From positions 121,212,001-121,276,000 of the forward strand of contig NC_045696.1 in assembly GCF_009834535.1 (NCBI RefSeq): DNA of 64,000 nucleotides, read 5' to 3'. This document shows positions 39,837 through 53,889 of the stretch, one piece after another. This DNA comes from Camelus ferus. Lineage: Eukaryota. The position numbers were made by a program, and so were the translations under genes. Position 1 is the stretch's first letter, and every line of letters starts with the position of its first letter. The notes beneath the pieces were generated by a model, which had not been told where the DNA came from, searched no databases, and saw only the letters and a list, made by a program, of their open reading frames with translations.

Positions 39837-42800
39837 CTCTTAGTTAATACACAGTTACCTTTCCCTCATATTTACCCCATCTCTCAAGACATGGAGAGAC
39901 TCAAATGCCCAAGATGGCTGTGATGATCAGAGCGTTCACAAAAGTTTGCAGAAGTCAGCTGTTTCAAGATGCTTGGTTTCAGGTGATATAAGATTTCTGG
40001 AATAAAACTGCATTCACTTCCAGTTTATAAATGATTATACTCTGGAGGTTCCTATTGTTAATTGGGTGCTGAGAACTCAGAACAACAAAGCTGTAAAAGC
40101 GTTTAGGTCCCAGCTCACCACAAAAGCCCAAGTCATCTGAAATATATCTAATGCACTCAGTTCTGCAATAGATACAGAAAATAACACCAAGGCAATACCA
40201 CTGGTTAAACCAAACACAACCTTGAACGCATGTGCTTTCACTCTGTCCAGTGGATGATCCTTGGAAGACACACGGCACTAAAATTTTGATAAATTTATTT
40301 TGGCACATTAGGAACTTCACTAATTGAATGATCTTTAACCAAAGAATAATAGAGTAGCATAGAATAAATTTTTAAATAATGAAATGATGCATAAAGGAGT
40401 CCTTAAAACCTCTGTGCTTTTTAAGTTGGAATTTATTTGTATATGTCAAGGTTACTTGTAAGAAAGAAAACTTTGTTCACACAGGCATCTCCGCCTCTGT
40501 TATGGCGCTGACTTTGAATGCTTTACTGGACCAGCTGGGCTTGAGAGCATCAGCTCCTCCCACATCCCTCTTCTGAGGATTTCTGTCCACACAAGTTGCC
40601 ACAATGGTGCCTCATGCCTGTGCTCCCCTGAAGTGGGCAACTTGTCTAAGGAGAGCTAACCTGCAGGTTGGCCAGGAGTCTATGAGATGACCTAGTGTGG
40701 AGGTTTTGCTCATCATGGACAAAGAGGACCAATGGACTAACTAGACCAGCCAGAACTTGAGACAGAGAGAAAGAATGAAGCAGCTGGTTTGGGGAGTCGT
40801 AGCTGAGGGACACAGGGAGAACAGCCAAGTTGCCACAACAGTAGAGCATGAGAATAAACATCTGTGAATCCTGTTGCTCAGGAGGTTGACCAGATGACCC
40901 AGCCACTTGCGCTGCTCTGAATTCTGAATGTTCATTGACTCTTGAACTACTTGCTTAGTAAGCTCTGTAATACCTGGTGATTCAGCTGCTCCTAGAATCC
41001 TGGGACTGTAGCAGAACTCCCATATCTTCCCCCACACCTTTTTTTTTTTTAAGGTGAGTTCTCACCTAACTCACCCAAACTAAAGGTCATCAAAATTCCC
41101 TTTCATAAAAATAGCGTAATCAACACAAACTTCTATGGAAATTCTCTATGGACAGATTTGGCAGAAAGCTGCAGAACTGGGATAGTATTTCTCTCTCTCC
41201 CTACTGATCACTCCCAACTGATGGATTAGGAAGTAAAAATCATCGCAGCTGTGAATTCATCAGAGCTGAAGGCACATCAAAACCTAGGGAATTAAGGAAG
41301 AGACAATACATAAAAGAGAAAGGAAGAATGGGAGTCAGGAGATCATCCCTCAACACAAAGGAAGGTGCAAAGCCTTTGATGAGCTGCATCTATAAATAAT
41401 TCGCTTGGCTGCCTCTATGAGGCTTTGGCCAACTGGTCCTGGTCCACTAGGGATATTGGGGGTTAGTGACACGCTGCCAACAAGCTTGGCTGTGACACGA
41501 GCCAGAGGAACACATGCTTCAGACACCCACTCTGCACTTGTGTGACGTGGATTTACAGGGTTTGAGCACTGTTCTAACGCATTCTGGTAGGCTTAGATCC
41601 ATCAGGTGGGAACTCACTCATCACGTCTTGTCTCAAGTGGGTCATTAAAATCTTAGTGTCACAGTTCAATGGGTATTTGGGGATCATTCCACTAGGTCTC
41701 TCTAATTTTAAGGATTAGAAAACAGAGGATGACTATCATAAAATTTACTCATAATAGTACTGCTTCTAAAGCCATTCTCTACTTGCTCTAAGCTAGAGGC
41801 AGTAACAACTTCATCTTAATGACCTAGTCAGTCACCTATTTTGCGGGGCCATTTAGAAAAGCTCCCCACACTCAGTCTCCCACACCAGCAGCTATGCTTG
41901 TAAGTTTGGAATAGCTGTCACATATCTTGTCTCATTTGATCCTCTCAACAGCCCGTTGAGATGTACAGAGGTACCATTTCCATCTTACAGGTGAAGAGGT
42001 TAAAGCTCAGAGGGGCAAGGCCACTTTTTTGCAAGCCCAGAGTCTCTGATGTCTAATCCAGATGACTTTCCAATGAAGAACCTATCTGAAAACAATATAT
42101 AAACTAAAATTTGAAGCAGAAGTTGCTGGTCTTTAGCGTAATCCCACCTTAATCCCCATGCCACATTTCCTGGATAGGAGCAAAGGTCCGTCCTTAAGGG
42201 CAGTGTCTTTGTATCTTCAGTTCTCTGCACAGAAGTCTGCAATGACAGGAGTTTTTCAGATTACATCATAATCTCCACTGGATTATAAACAGGATCCTTT
42301 TGAATGCTGGCAACTTTAAAAAAATTCCCAGCAAACCATCCTAAGCCTTGGCTTAATCACTGTGACAATTTTCTTCAGAGGCTTCTGTTTGACACCAACA
42401 TGAATCCACTTCACACAGGCCATTCATTCATTCATTCATTCACCATTTCCTGGGCAACTACTATGTACCAGGCCCTGTGTTCAAGGCTAAAGATACAAAG
42501 ATAACAAGGCATGGTAACTGTTTTCCCAGGAGCTTATAATTCAGTGTGTGTAGGGAGGTGAGGTGCTGGGCAGAGAAGTGGGGAAGAGGACAGACAGGCC
42601 AACACACCAACAGTTATGACAGAGTTGAGCAGTTGCTATGATAAAGACGAGGGCAGGATGCTGTGCGAACACAGAAGACATTTCTAAGTCTGAACAAGGC
42701 ATGTTTGGAGGAGATGATACTCATCTTGGGAACTACCTCACTGGAAGGACCCCTGCCCTTTCCGAACCTACAGGAGAGCTCTTGGTGCAAGTGAGATGTT

Positions 42801-43269
42801 ACACATGGCGGAGAACGCTCCTTTCTATTTCTGTATCCTGCTGTCCCAAAGGAGTGAAGCTTCCATGGCAAAAAGAAGGACTAAGAAAGAATAATAATGA
42901 AGCCCTGCTGACATCTTAGCCTTAAAGTATATTAAGCTATGGCACAGCCTGTCTTAAAGCCGTGTCTTATCCAAGGATCCCCTTTACAGATAAGCCAACA
43001 GGTCCAGTCAAACTGCATATCCCAAAGACAGGCAGCCACTGACTGGGAGGACTCAGATCCACGTCTCTTGAACACTGCTGTGCCCCCCGCTCCACGTGTT
43101 CTCCTTTACATGACAAACTGGTTCTCTTGTCTTTGTTTTCTGAGCAGGGAGCACTTGGGAGAGAGGAATTGTTGGGAAAGGGAGTTGCCACTTTAGGTTA
43201 AATGGGGAGACAGATTAAGGAATGTCAGGCTGTGGATCTTCAGAAACAACGTCCTAACAGGACTAGAAA

Positions 43270-43785
43270 AATCCCAAGTCCCCATGGTGGTGTCCAGGGC
43301 CCTACACAGTGTGTTCCACCATCAATTCCCTAGTGTCATCTCATTCTGCTCCATATATGGTGGCCTCCTCACCCCTCTTCAGACCTACCTGGAACGTGCC
43401 TGTCTCTGGGACTTTGTACTTGTCTGTGCTCTACCTACAACATTTCTCACACAGATTTCAGTGTGACTTGCTTGTTCCCTTCCATCTTTCTGGTCCATGC
43501 TAACATGTCACCTGCTTATGTGGCCTCCTCTGACCAACCTAATGACCACTGCTCTCCTCTTTGCTCCTCTTGTTTCTCTTGCCTACTTAAGTTTTCCCCA
43601 GAAGACTCATCACCATTTGACAAGGCATCTGTTCTGCTTCATGATTTGCTTTCTGTCTTCCTAGAATTCAAGGTCCATGAGGGCAGGATTTTGGGGGGGG
43701 TCTGTGTTATTAACCACTGTATCCTTGGAGCTTATAAAAACGCCTGGGTTTAATATGTGTCCCCCAAATTTGCTGATGGATGAAA
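43270..43785 (+). mobile_element. L2 3' end
   Basis: ctagaattcaaggtccatgagggcagga...aaatttgctgatggatgaa. Confidence 0.65.
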
Positions 43786-44639
43786 GGAAGGAAGGGAGGG
43801 AAGGTGGGAGGAAAGAAAGGAGAGATAAAGGAAGAAGGGCATGTTCACTTTCATGTGGTGAGAATATTTTTGCAGCCACTGATTTCCACCTTTCCCCTCT
43901 CCAAGACTCCTCACCAAAAAGGGGCTAAGTCTGTTGATTTGCCCGTCCCCTCAATCCTTTGTGGTAGAGGCTGTTATGTTAATGATGAGCAAAAAGTTTA
44001 CAAGGGTGATGGAGAATCAAGAGGAGGAGAAGTGGAGACAAGGCAGGGGAACAGAGGGAAAGAATACAGGGACTTAGAGAAGAGTACTGAATACCATTAT
44101 GGTTTCAGGCAGTAGCTCTACTACTCACCAGCTGGGAGACTTGAGATAAGTCACTTCCTTTCCCCTAAAAACCAAGACCATGGGTGGCCTGTGTCAGGGA
44201 GAGCTTCTGCAGGGCACTTTGCTGCTACTTTCCCTTTATGACCTCAACAGCACTTGTCAGTCATCCTTCATGGACTTTTTACTCACTGAATGTGGACGTG
44301 ACTTCAGAATGCTGCTCAACACGGCCATCCAGGGAGCCCATGACCTACGGCTCAGACCTCTCACAACTGAGATAATACCACTGCCACATTTGGCTTAGAT
44401 TATCTCTCAGGTGACTTCCAATTTAGTTTGTTCTGCTTTCAAGTCTGGATAGAGGGGTATGGAGAATGAGACGGGGATGGGGGAAGAAAATCATGGTAAA
44501 AAGGGATTAAAATGAGGTCAGCTGGGTGGGGAGGACTCCTAAGCATTCTTTGGACAGGCTGGTGGTATTCCTGGCTACTAAAGATTAGACGTCTTGTGAG
44601 GGTGCTCTCAGGACATGGCTGATAGACAGAAAATGGCTC

Positions 44640-44820
44640 CAGTGTGATGGATCTCAAATTAGAGTGCATCTGAAGCACCTGAAGCTTTTAAAACACAGAT
44701 CTCTGGACAGCATTCTCAGAATTTCTGATTCAGCACATCTGAGTTGGAGCCCAAGAATCTGCATTTCTGACACGAGCTCAGGTGATGCTGCTCTTCTAGA
44801 CACTGCATTTGGACACTGTG
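44640..44820. mobile_element. MER5A hAT MITE
   Basis: tttaaaacacagat...tttctgattcagca...agaatctgcatttct...caggtgatgctg. Confidence 0.8.
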
Positions 44821-44894
44821 CTGTAGTGTCAGGAGTGCGAAGCTGAGAAAAACATCTCAGTGGTTTGGGCTAGAATTGAATCCAGCAATGTCTC

Positions 44895-45383
44895 AAGAAA
44901 CTAAAAACAGAACTACTGTATGACCCAGAAATTCCACTCCTGGGTATATATTTGGAAAAAAACAAAAACTCTAATTCGAAAAAATTCATACACCCCACTG
45001 TTCATAGCAACACTATTTACAATAGCCAAGATATGAAAGCAACCTAAGTGTCCAGTCACAGAAGAATGGATAAAGAAGATGTGGTATATATACATATATA
45101 TACACAATGGAATCCTACTCAGCCATGAAAAAGAATGAAATAATGCCATTTGCAACAACACGGAGTTGGAGGGCATTATGCTAAGTGAAATAAGTCAGAC
45201 AGAGAAAGACAAATACTGTATGATATCACTTATATATGGAATCTGAAAAATACAACAAACTAGTGAGTATAACAAAAAAAAGGGCAGACTGACAGATACA
45301 GAGAACAAACTAGTGGTGACTAGTGGGGAGGGGGTGGGGAGGGTCAGGTTGGGGTGGGGGATGAAGAGGTACAGACTGTTACA
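44895..45383 (+). mobile_element. L1 3' region
   Basis: tatgacccagaaattccactcctgggtatata...gagaacaaactagtggtgactag. Confidence 0.9.
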
Positions 45384-45389
45384 AGAGCC

Positions 45390-45640
45390 TGATCATCACT
45401 CTGCACTCACTGCCATCACCTTAAGGAGAAAAAGAGGGCTGAGACAGTGTGGAAGAAGGAGAACAGAGCAGGGCATCCATCGTCATATACTCCCAAGAAT
45501 GCAGCTCTGCTGACATATTTATTTTAGCTTAGAGAGAGTTTGGATTTTGGATCCCTAGAACTGTAAGATAAAAAATTTGTGTTGTGGTAAGTCACCAAGA
45601 TTGTGGTAAGTCATTACAGCAGAAATAGAGAACCAATACA
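45390..45640 (+). mobile_element. MLT1 (MaLR) LTR 3' half
   Basis: ctagaactgtaagataaaaaatttgtgttg...attacagcagaaatagagaaccaataca resembles the MLT1 terminus. Confidence 0.8.
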
Positions 45641-45664
45641 CCATCATCAAAAGGCTTTGTCTGT

Positions 45665-46570
45665 ACAGATGGCCAACAGGCACATGTAAAGATGCCCCGA
45701 ATTGCTAATTATCAGAGAAATGCAAATCAAAACCACAATGAGGAATCACCTCACACCAGTCAGAATGGCCATCATTATAAAGTCCACAAAGGATAAATGC
45801 TGGAGAGGGTGGGGAGAAAAGGGAACCCTCCTATACTGCTGATGGGAATGTAGTTTGGTGCAGACGTTATGGAAAACAGTATGGAGATTCCTCAGAAGAC
45901 TAAAAATAGACTTATCCTATGATTCAGCAATCCCATTCCTGGACATATATCTGGAGAGAACTCTAATTTGAAAAGATACATGCACCTCAATGTTCACAGC
46001 AGCACTGTTTACAATAACCAAGACATGGAAGCAACATAAATGTCCATAGACAGATGACTGGATAAAGACGCTGTGGTATATTTATACAATGGAACACTAC
46101 TTGGCCATAAAAAGGAATAAAATAATGCTATTTGCAGCAATGTGGATGGAACTAGAGATTATCATATTAAGTGAAGTAAGTCAGACAAATAATCATATGA
46201 TATCACTTATATGTGGAATCTGAAATAGAATACAAATGAACTTATTTATAAAACAGAAATGGACTCATAGACATTGAAAACAAACTTTTGGTTACCGAAA
46301 GGGAAAGCAGGGAGGGATAAATTAGGAGTTTGAAATTAGCAGATACACACTACTATCTATAAAATAGATAAACAAGGTCCTATTTTATAGCATGGAACTA
46401 TATTTAATATCTTGTAATAGCCTATAATGGAAAAGAATATATATGTGTGTATATATGTATACATATACATACATATAAATATATATACACACACACATAC
46501 ATACCTGAATCACTTTGCTATACACCAGAAACTAACACAAGATTGTAAATCAGCTACACTTCAATAAAAA
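45665..46570 (+). mobile_element. 5'-truncated L1 (~900 bp) with imperfect TSD
   Basis: ORF2 end plus 3' UTR; ggctttgtctgt (45653) / ggcttttgtctgt (46574). Confidence 0.93.
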
Positions 46571-48514
46571 CATGGCTTTTGTCTGTTATTTCCATGTTGA
46601 GTAGGAAGGCTCTTGCGGCCAAGTGGGATCTTTAGGAAAAGCCAGCAAAGGTGTCAAATTAAGATCCAGGTTCAAAGGCTATGGTGTTGACCCTAACTTA
46701 GAAATGCCAGTGGGCAAAAAAGGCCTGATTTTCTCCCTTGACTGTAGTATCCATGGAGTTCCTATTCTTTACCAAAGTCGGTAACAGTGCCCCACCCCAG
46801 GGCTTTCTCTATAGTCTTACTTCTGATGCTGCCACTTGAGGTGTCCTCATGGCCATTATCCCTTAGAAATTGTAGCATGCATGGCCAGCTTCAGAGAATC
46901 TTCCTCATTGACCATTTCAGCCTGTACATCTCATTCTGAGGAAATTGAAATAAATGTTTGCTGGAAACTAGACCAGTAAATGGCAGGCATCTTTGTGTCT
47001 CATTCTAGTGTGCCCTTTCCTAATGAAAATCAATGGCCTCCCTCAGCTGAGACCGAGGTCTCATGACTCTGTAACTCAGAGAGTTCCTTTTCTGCAGTCA
47101 TCAGCCCTAGGTTCAGTGTTGACTCCTGCCTGGTTCACCATTCTCAGGAACCCCCTTTAACTTTACTTCCTTACTCCTAATTTTGGTCTTAGGGAGTACA
47201 GTTACTCCCGAACTGCAAAGGGGATTTCACTTGCTCTGCTAGACTAGGAAGAGTGGGAGCTTGATTTTGTTCAGACTATCAATAGATTAGAATATCTGAT
47301 CACAGATATTAAAGTCACTAAAGCCTCCTTAAGACTATTGTGCTATGAAACATGTCAGGGATTCTTATCTTAAAGTGTGCTGCATTTTAAAGTCTTGAAG
47401 ACCACTTCCTACTCTGACATACATGAGCAGATGTCTTCTGAGAGCCAACAGATGAGAGAGCCATATCAAAGCAGAATGGGAAATCCGTATGAAATAGTCT
47501 AGGATCTAGAGACACATTCCAGAAAACTTGTTTGATATATGGGTACTTAACTCCAGGAATAAAAATGGCAGTGCCTGTCCATGGGAAAAGGAGTATGGTG
47601 TCCTGTACGCATAAGCACAGCAGGGAACAGTCCTATAATATAAAGAAAGGGGACAGAGCTGGCAGGGAAGGTGGACACTTGATAGGGCAGGTCAGAAATG
47701 ACTGTCCTCTGCACCGTGGTGACAGGGGCATACTCTTCAAGTCTCATCTTGAAATCGGAGATAGGTGTCCACAGGAATTTGCCTCTGTCCGTGGTGCTGG
47801 TCTCAGAACACAGCATCTCATCACAGTCAAGTTGGAGTTGATTCTGCACCACTATCTTGGACCACGGCTTGGTAGCCACACTTAGGGGAATCTCTAAGAG
47901 AGAAGTATTCTCCAAGTTCTCTTTAAATCAGACCACATGCTATAGTTCATGGAGGACAATAGGTAGAAAAACAAAGGAGGGGCCAGTTAATGGGAGACTA
48001 TAAGGAGTTAATGCGATGGATTCTATTGAGTTCCCATTTCTACGTGGGTTGCTACACCATCAACTCTATTTCTATGTCAGCTTTGTATGCCACTAAAGTC
48101 TACTTTAGTGATATACTCAAACTAAAAAAATAAAACCTAAGTTTTATTTTTATGCAATAAGATAAATGGAGTGGACTGAAATGAAGTCTATCATTGAGTA
48201 ATGATTTTTGTTCAGATTATGAAAAATTGTGATGGCTCTGGTGGATAAACTACTTCACAAATTTCAAACTCCCCCAAATCTGCATGTATAATTCTGGGCC
48301 ACTGTAGTCCCCTCTTTCTGGGCACAGGGCTGTTGGCAGCCCCTGTCCCAGGAAAGTTCCCCAATTCATTTTCAAGAACTGTCATTCTTGTTGAAACTTG
48401 ACTTCCTTACTCCTGGAAGATGCCTTCCTCATTTCCACTTGCAGTCCTTCCTCTTGCAATAGATTTCTGTCTTCACAGAAAGCTAATACAAGCTGCTGAG
48501 TTCAGTCAAAGCCC

Positions 48515-48668
48515 TTGTTACTCAAATTATGGGGTGGATCAGTAGCACTGTGGTCATACTGTGTTAAGAGACACAGGCCCCACCCGAGACCCACGGAACC
48601 AAAATCTGCATTTAAACAAGATTCCCTCCAGTGACCTGTGTGCACATTAAAGTCTGAGAAGCACTGGT
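48515..48668. mobile_element. MER5-like hAT MITE
   Basis: aatctgcatttaaacaagattccc...gcacattaaagtctgagaagcactg. Confidence 0.75.
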
Positions 48669-50889
48669 TTAGGCTATCTATTGGCTGAATTACAAAAGCC
48701 AGTTTCCAGTATCCTAAATCTGTTTGCTTGTAATGCATTCACTCAACAGTTCCTGGGCATCTCTCTGTAGAAGGCACCTCCCTAGGTTCTGTGGATGAGA
48801 GGTAAAGAGACGATAGTTTCTTTCTTCCCATTTTCCACGGCATTTGTTCACCATCTTGTCCTGCCCTTTACCTGGCAGGCCTCCCTTTCCTCACCACCCT
48901 CCTCAGTTGGGTGCCCGACCTGGCTCTGTACTCTGCTTCATGTGTTTTTCTGAGTTCTTCCTGTCAGTTTGGCTGCTGCGCTCTTCTGTGTTGCCATAAA
49001 TTCACCTGGACTTTCCGATTTTGACTTGAGACATCTTTCTGACCATCATGTCCTACCTTCTTTATCAGGTTTGCTGAGGCTCTCTGCCCTGATCTCTGTC
49101 CCTGGAACACAGCTTTCCCATTTTACCCATGGGGTACACACTGCCCTAGCTGCTGCTGAGATTTGTGTCCAGGTTTCAGGAATCGTGGCTGTCTCTAGAG
49201 CCTCCCAGCATTGTACCTTAGGGAGAAGTAACCTGTCCTAGATAGGAAAAGGCTTTGTTTTTTATTTTCCAACTACACCCTTCTTCTAGAGCTGCTTTTT
49301 CTTTTTCTTTTTCTCCCTTCCCGAAGTATTTCTTTTTAAAGCAGAGTAATGAGCTACAAGTGGAATAGCAAATGGGTCTATTTTTTAGACAGCCTGTTAA
49401 CTTCTCATTTTCTTTTCATTCTCTTTTATCACTGACAGAACTTACTATTCATCTAATTCAACCCCAAATCCAAGTAGATTCAATGAGGCTGAAAGATCTA
49501 GACTGGCACTTACAGCTCTTAATGTGGAGTAATTTTTTAGAAGGTGCGCATCATTTGCACTACTTTCTTCAATGGAATAACGTTTCACCATAGATTGGCA
49601 CTATTTAAAACATGCTCTTTGCCCCTATGTTCATTCAGCATTTACTGGGTTACTATTATCTCATCTGATGATAAAAAATACTCCATGGTCTCATGAGGCT
49701 GTTCATATCCCATTTTCAGGCAAGGATCTCATGGTTGGCAAGGTAAGTGAATTCACCAAGGTGGCATAGCTTTGATAGATTGACTCAAAGCCAAGTCTTA
49801 TCACCCGAGGCTAGTGGTCCCTGTCCACAATGCCTGATGTGAACACAGTGGGGAAAGAGGATGGCCATCTTGATGCCCAACAACCAAGAGGCCAAAAGTG
49901 TCCTCTGCACTAATTCCACCTTTATGTCTTGGGCCCAACAGGCTTACGGCTCTCCAGAAATCCTCAAAGAGGCTTCCCAGTTTTTGGATCTTCTGGATAA
50001 AATCTGAATGGATCAGACAAAAAAGGGAAGGAACACATGTTTTCCTCTGCAATTTCAGTTTTAGTCTTTAGAAGAAACTATGTTTCTTCCTTTATTTTTC
50101 TCCCCCTCTCATGATCTGAATATCACAAATCCTCAACCCACTCCTCAGTGGAAGTGAGGTCCCATAAGCACTGTTACTAAAATCTTCCCAGGAATGAACT
50201 ACATGTATTCAAGCAGAAATGATGGTCATCTCAGAGTTTCAGAGTCACCCTCATACCCCAAGTATCTTAAAGAATCTCCAGTTGGACATTTCTTCCCTTC
50301 CTGCTCAGCCTCCTCCTTAGCCACTTAAGGTTGCCTCATGATGTACCTGCTATTGGTACCCAGAACGATGCCTGCATCAAGAAAAGTGGCCCTCAAAGTT
50401 CTCGGAGCTCCAAGACGTGGGAGGCCAGAGCAGGGCGGGGCTTTGTGGAGGTGGAGAGAGGGACCCCCTCTTGTGCTCTGCATTGTCACCTGGACCTCAA
50501 AGCTGCACTTGGGCACAGAAGCTCATAAAGATGTTCATAAAACAGGGTCTTATGTTTCCAGTATCACCCTGGGCAAACAGGGCTCTAACCAGTTCAAGAA
50601 GCCAGGCCGGGGGATGCTATTCCATCCATCTGTGCTTTGCCATCTCTTTCCTGCCAGGACTCTGACTGATACACCAAGTGTTAAGTTTTCTCTCCCCTGC
50701 ACCCTGCAAGGGCCTCATAGATATTCCTTCTCCAGTTCCTCTTTTCTTTTATCTAAACAGAAGTTAGCAGTGCACTAACACCCCTCCCCCAAACATCTAA
50801 AAGGTCACTAGAACCACCATTTTAAGAAACACTCAAACTCTACGGCCCTACTTGGTCTTCCCTCCCTCCACCAACCCCTTACATCCTGT

Positions 50890-51787
50890 GACTTATTTAT
50901 TTTATAACTGGAAGTTTGTACTTTTTTACACCCTTCACCCATTTTGCCCACCCCCTTCCCAACATCTGGCAACCATCAATCTGTTCTCTGTATCTGTGAA
51001 CTCGTTCTTTTGTGGAATTTTGTTTTTGTTTTGTTTTTAGAGTCCCGTATCAGTACGATTGTAAGGCATTTTCTTTCTCTGTTGGACTTACTTCATTTAG
51101 CATAATGCCCTCAACATATCAATGGCAAGACATCCTTTTTTATGGCTGAACAGTACTCTATTGTGTGTGTGTATATAATCCATTCATCCACAATGGACAT
51201 TTAGGTTATTTCCACATATTGGCTACTGCAAATAATGCAGCAGTGAACATGGGGGTGCACATATCTTTTCAAATTAGTGTTTTTGTTTTCTTTGGATAAG
51301 TACCCGTAAGTGGAATTGCTGGATCATATAGTAGTTCTATTTTTGATCTTTGAGGAACCTCCATATTGTTTCCACAGTGGCTGCAACAATTTACATTCTC
51401 ACCAACAGTGCACAAGGGTTCCCTTTTCTCCACATCCTCACCAACACTTGTTATCTCTTGTATTTTTAATGACAGCCATCCTGACAGGTGTGAGGTGTTA
51501 TCTCACTGTGGTTTTGATGTGCATTTCCCTGATGATGAGTGATGCTGAGCATCTTTTCATGTGTCTGTGGACCATCTGTGTGTCTTCTTTGGAAAAATGT
51601 CAATTCAGATTCTCAGCCTATTTTTAAATCAGGTTGTTTGCTTTTTTTTTTTTTTTTTTTTCTGTAGGGTTGTATGACTTCTTTATACGTTTTGGATATT
51701 AACCCCTTGTCAGATACATGATTTGCAAATATTTCTCCCATTCAGTAGATTGCCTTTCATTTTGTTGATAATTTCCTCTGCTGTGTG
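50890..51787 (-). mobile_element. L1 ORF2 end plus 3' UTR
   Basis: Reverse L1 motifs (ttacattctcaccaacagtg, gtgaggtgttatctcactgtgg, gatttgcaaatatttctccca). Confidence 0.92.
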
Positions 51788-52260
51788 CTTTCACTCTCTT
51801 TTAATATTTACTAAACTTCAATTGTCCATCAGAAATTACATTACCATATTTCACTGGCTCTTAGTTATTTCTGATTGAAGGAAGCTTCAATATGAAAATC
51901 AAAAACATCCAAGATAAGGAGTTTAATAGGAAACCATTTCCGCATAATGCTGGAAACCAAGGGACACCCTCTGAGAATAAGAGCAGAGGAGGAAAAAAAG
52001 CCCAGCACACAGGAAGGAATGGCAGGAAAATGTACATATCCCAATGCTGGCTCTAGTTAAGGGGAGGGAAAGAAAAATCTCTTCTAAGAGTCTGAGCCAC
52101 AGCTGGTACTCACTCAGGCCATGATCTGAAATCACACAACCAGAGCAGTCCAAAAAGGCCTCGAGCAGCAGATTTAAGTTTTAAGGAGCCTCAAGTTGAT
52201 CACTCCTTAAGTGAATGGAAGAGACAAGCATAAGTACTTTCTCAAAGAATTCAGTTTGTG

Positions 52261-52470
52261 CTTGTGTTGGACAACATGGCAGCCACCAGCCACATGTGGC
52301 TATTTAAATGGAAAACAATGAAAATTAAATACAATTAAAAACTCACTTTTTCAGCTGTACCAGCCACATTTCAACTGCTCAAAAGCCATAGGTGGCTGGT
52401 GGTGACCACACTGGACAGAACGGATACAGAACATTTCCATCACCACAGAGTGTTCTTTTGGACAGCACTG
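52261..52470. mobile_element. MER3-like hAT MITE
   Basis: gcagccaccagccacatgtggctatttaaat...agaacatttccatcaccacagagtgttcttttggacagcactg. Confidence 0.85.
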
Positions 52471-53585
52471 ACCAACAGCAACTTTAACAAGCCATTGATT
52501 ATTACCCTGTGGCCTGATTTGTGAGATAAGAATATGAGAAAAATCTGTGTCTTAAGACGCAGTGAAATGCAGCAGCTGTAGAGGTAGGAAGATGAATTAA
52601 AGCCTCACTTTGAGGACTTGGCAGATGTGAGAATCAGGTTGGAACTGAGTCAGGGCATCTAGAAGTTCTAAATCATGGGGAATTCCTCCTCAGCCTGCTG
52701 AGTTCCTAGCAGTCAGGAGCCACTTGGACTGTGAGCTCATTGGTGTGACTAACTGGGGAATTAGCACAAAATCTCATTACCTGGATGACCTTCCAGGCCC
52801 CGCATTCTGTGGATATTAGACCTGAATGCATTGTGACATCTTTCTGGGTATCTTCTCCCCCACAGTATAGCTACCTTTGACCTTTTGAAATTCAATTCAT
52901 TTTTATACAGTTACTGTGCAATCGTTGGAGCAATATCATTTTCTGAGTCCCAAGAGAAGACAGCATGGGTGGGAGACTCCAGAGTAAAAAGTTTTAAAGA
53001 GTGAATTTCCACCTCTCTTGATTTTCCCCAATCTCCATCCTTTGACATAGCTCTCTGAGGATTTTTGGTTTTGACTGAGTTTGAAATACATGAGTTTCAT
53101 GTGAGGAAAGTATGTGTCGCTATAGTAAACCTAGAACATGGGACTACTGTTTCAGGTCTGCATGGTTCTGAAACTGCAGAAGGACTTAAAACACAATGCA
53201 ACTTCACAACAGAAGGCTTAACTTCATGAGAAATTACTTGGCGATTCTGGGTATTTTTAAACTGCTACCTGTTTCTCTCCCAGTACAATTTATCACCTTA
53301 TACAGAAAAACTCAAGTTATTCACACATTTATTTTTCTCTGGTTAACGATAAGGGATAACTGAAATATGGGTCCCATCATAAATTGTTTTAGTGGAAGAA
53401 CTGCCTCACATAATACTGAATGGTCCCAGGGTATGATACAGCACTGAAGCGGAAGGTGTGTATGTGTGTGTACGGGAGCAGGAGGAGAGAATTTGGAAAT
53501 GATGGAAAGTTGTGGAAGGAGATGTGAGTAGGCATTTAGTGAGTGCCTACTACATGCCAACTCTGACTAGAGGTGCTTTACATAC

Positions 53586-53753
53586 TTTGGGTTTTGTTTT
53601 GGTTTTTGTTTTTGTTTTGGTTTTTTTGCTTTTTTCTGGGGGGCACGGTAATTAGGTTTTTTTATTTATTCATTTTACTGGACATACTGGGAAACTAAAC
53701 TCAGGATCTTGTGCATGTTAAGCACACTCTCTACCCCTGAGCTGTACCTCCTC
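53586..53753 (-). mobile_element. tRNA-derived SINE (Vic-1-like) inserted in a MIR (~53530-53880)
   Basis: caggatcttgtgcatgttaagcacactctctacccctgagctgtacc; TSD ttacatac at 53578 and 53754. Confidence 0.85.
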
Positions 53754-53889
53754 TTACATACAATGTCTGTTATCTCATACAACTCTATGACATAGATTAT
53801 TATCCTTCATCTTACGAGTGAGGAAACTAAAACTCAGAGAGGCTAAGTAGCTTGCCTGAGGTCACTTAGTGACCTTTGGCCAACACCAC

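Noticed and set aside
51310..51627. 105-aa ORF and similar ORFs (7750, 19737, 27015, 44913, 59479)
   Set aside because: They are antisense or off-frame translations of L1 3' sequence.
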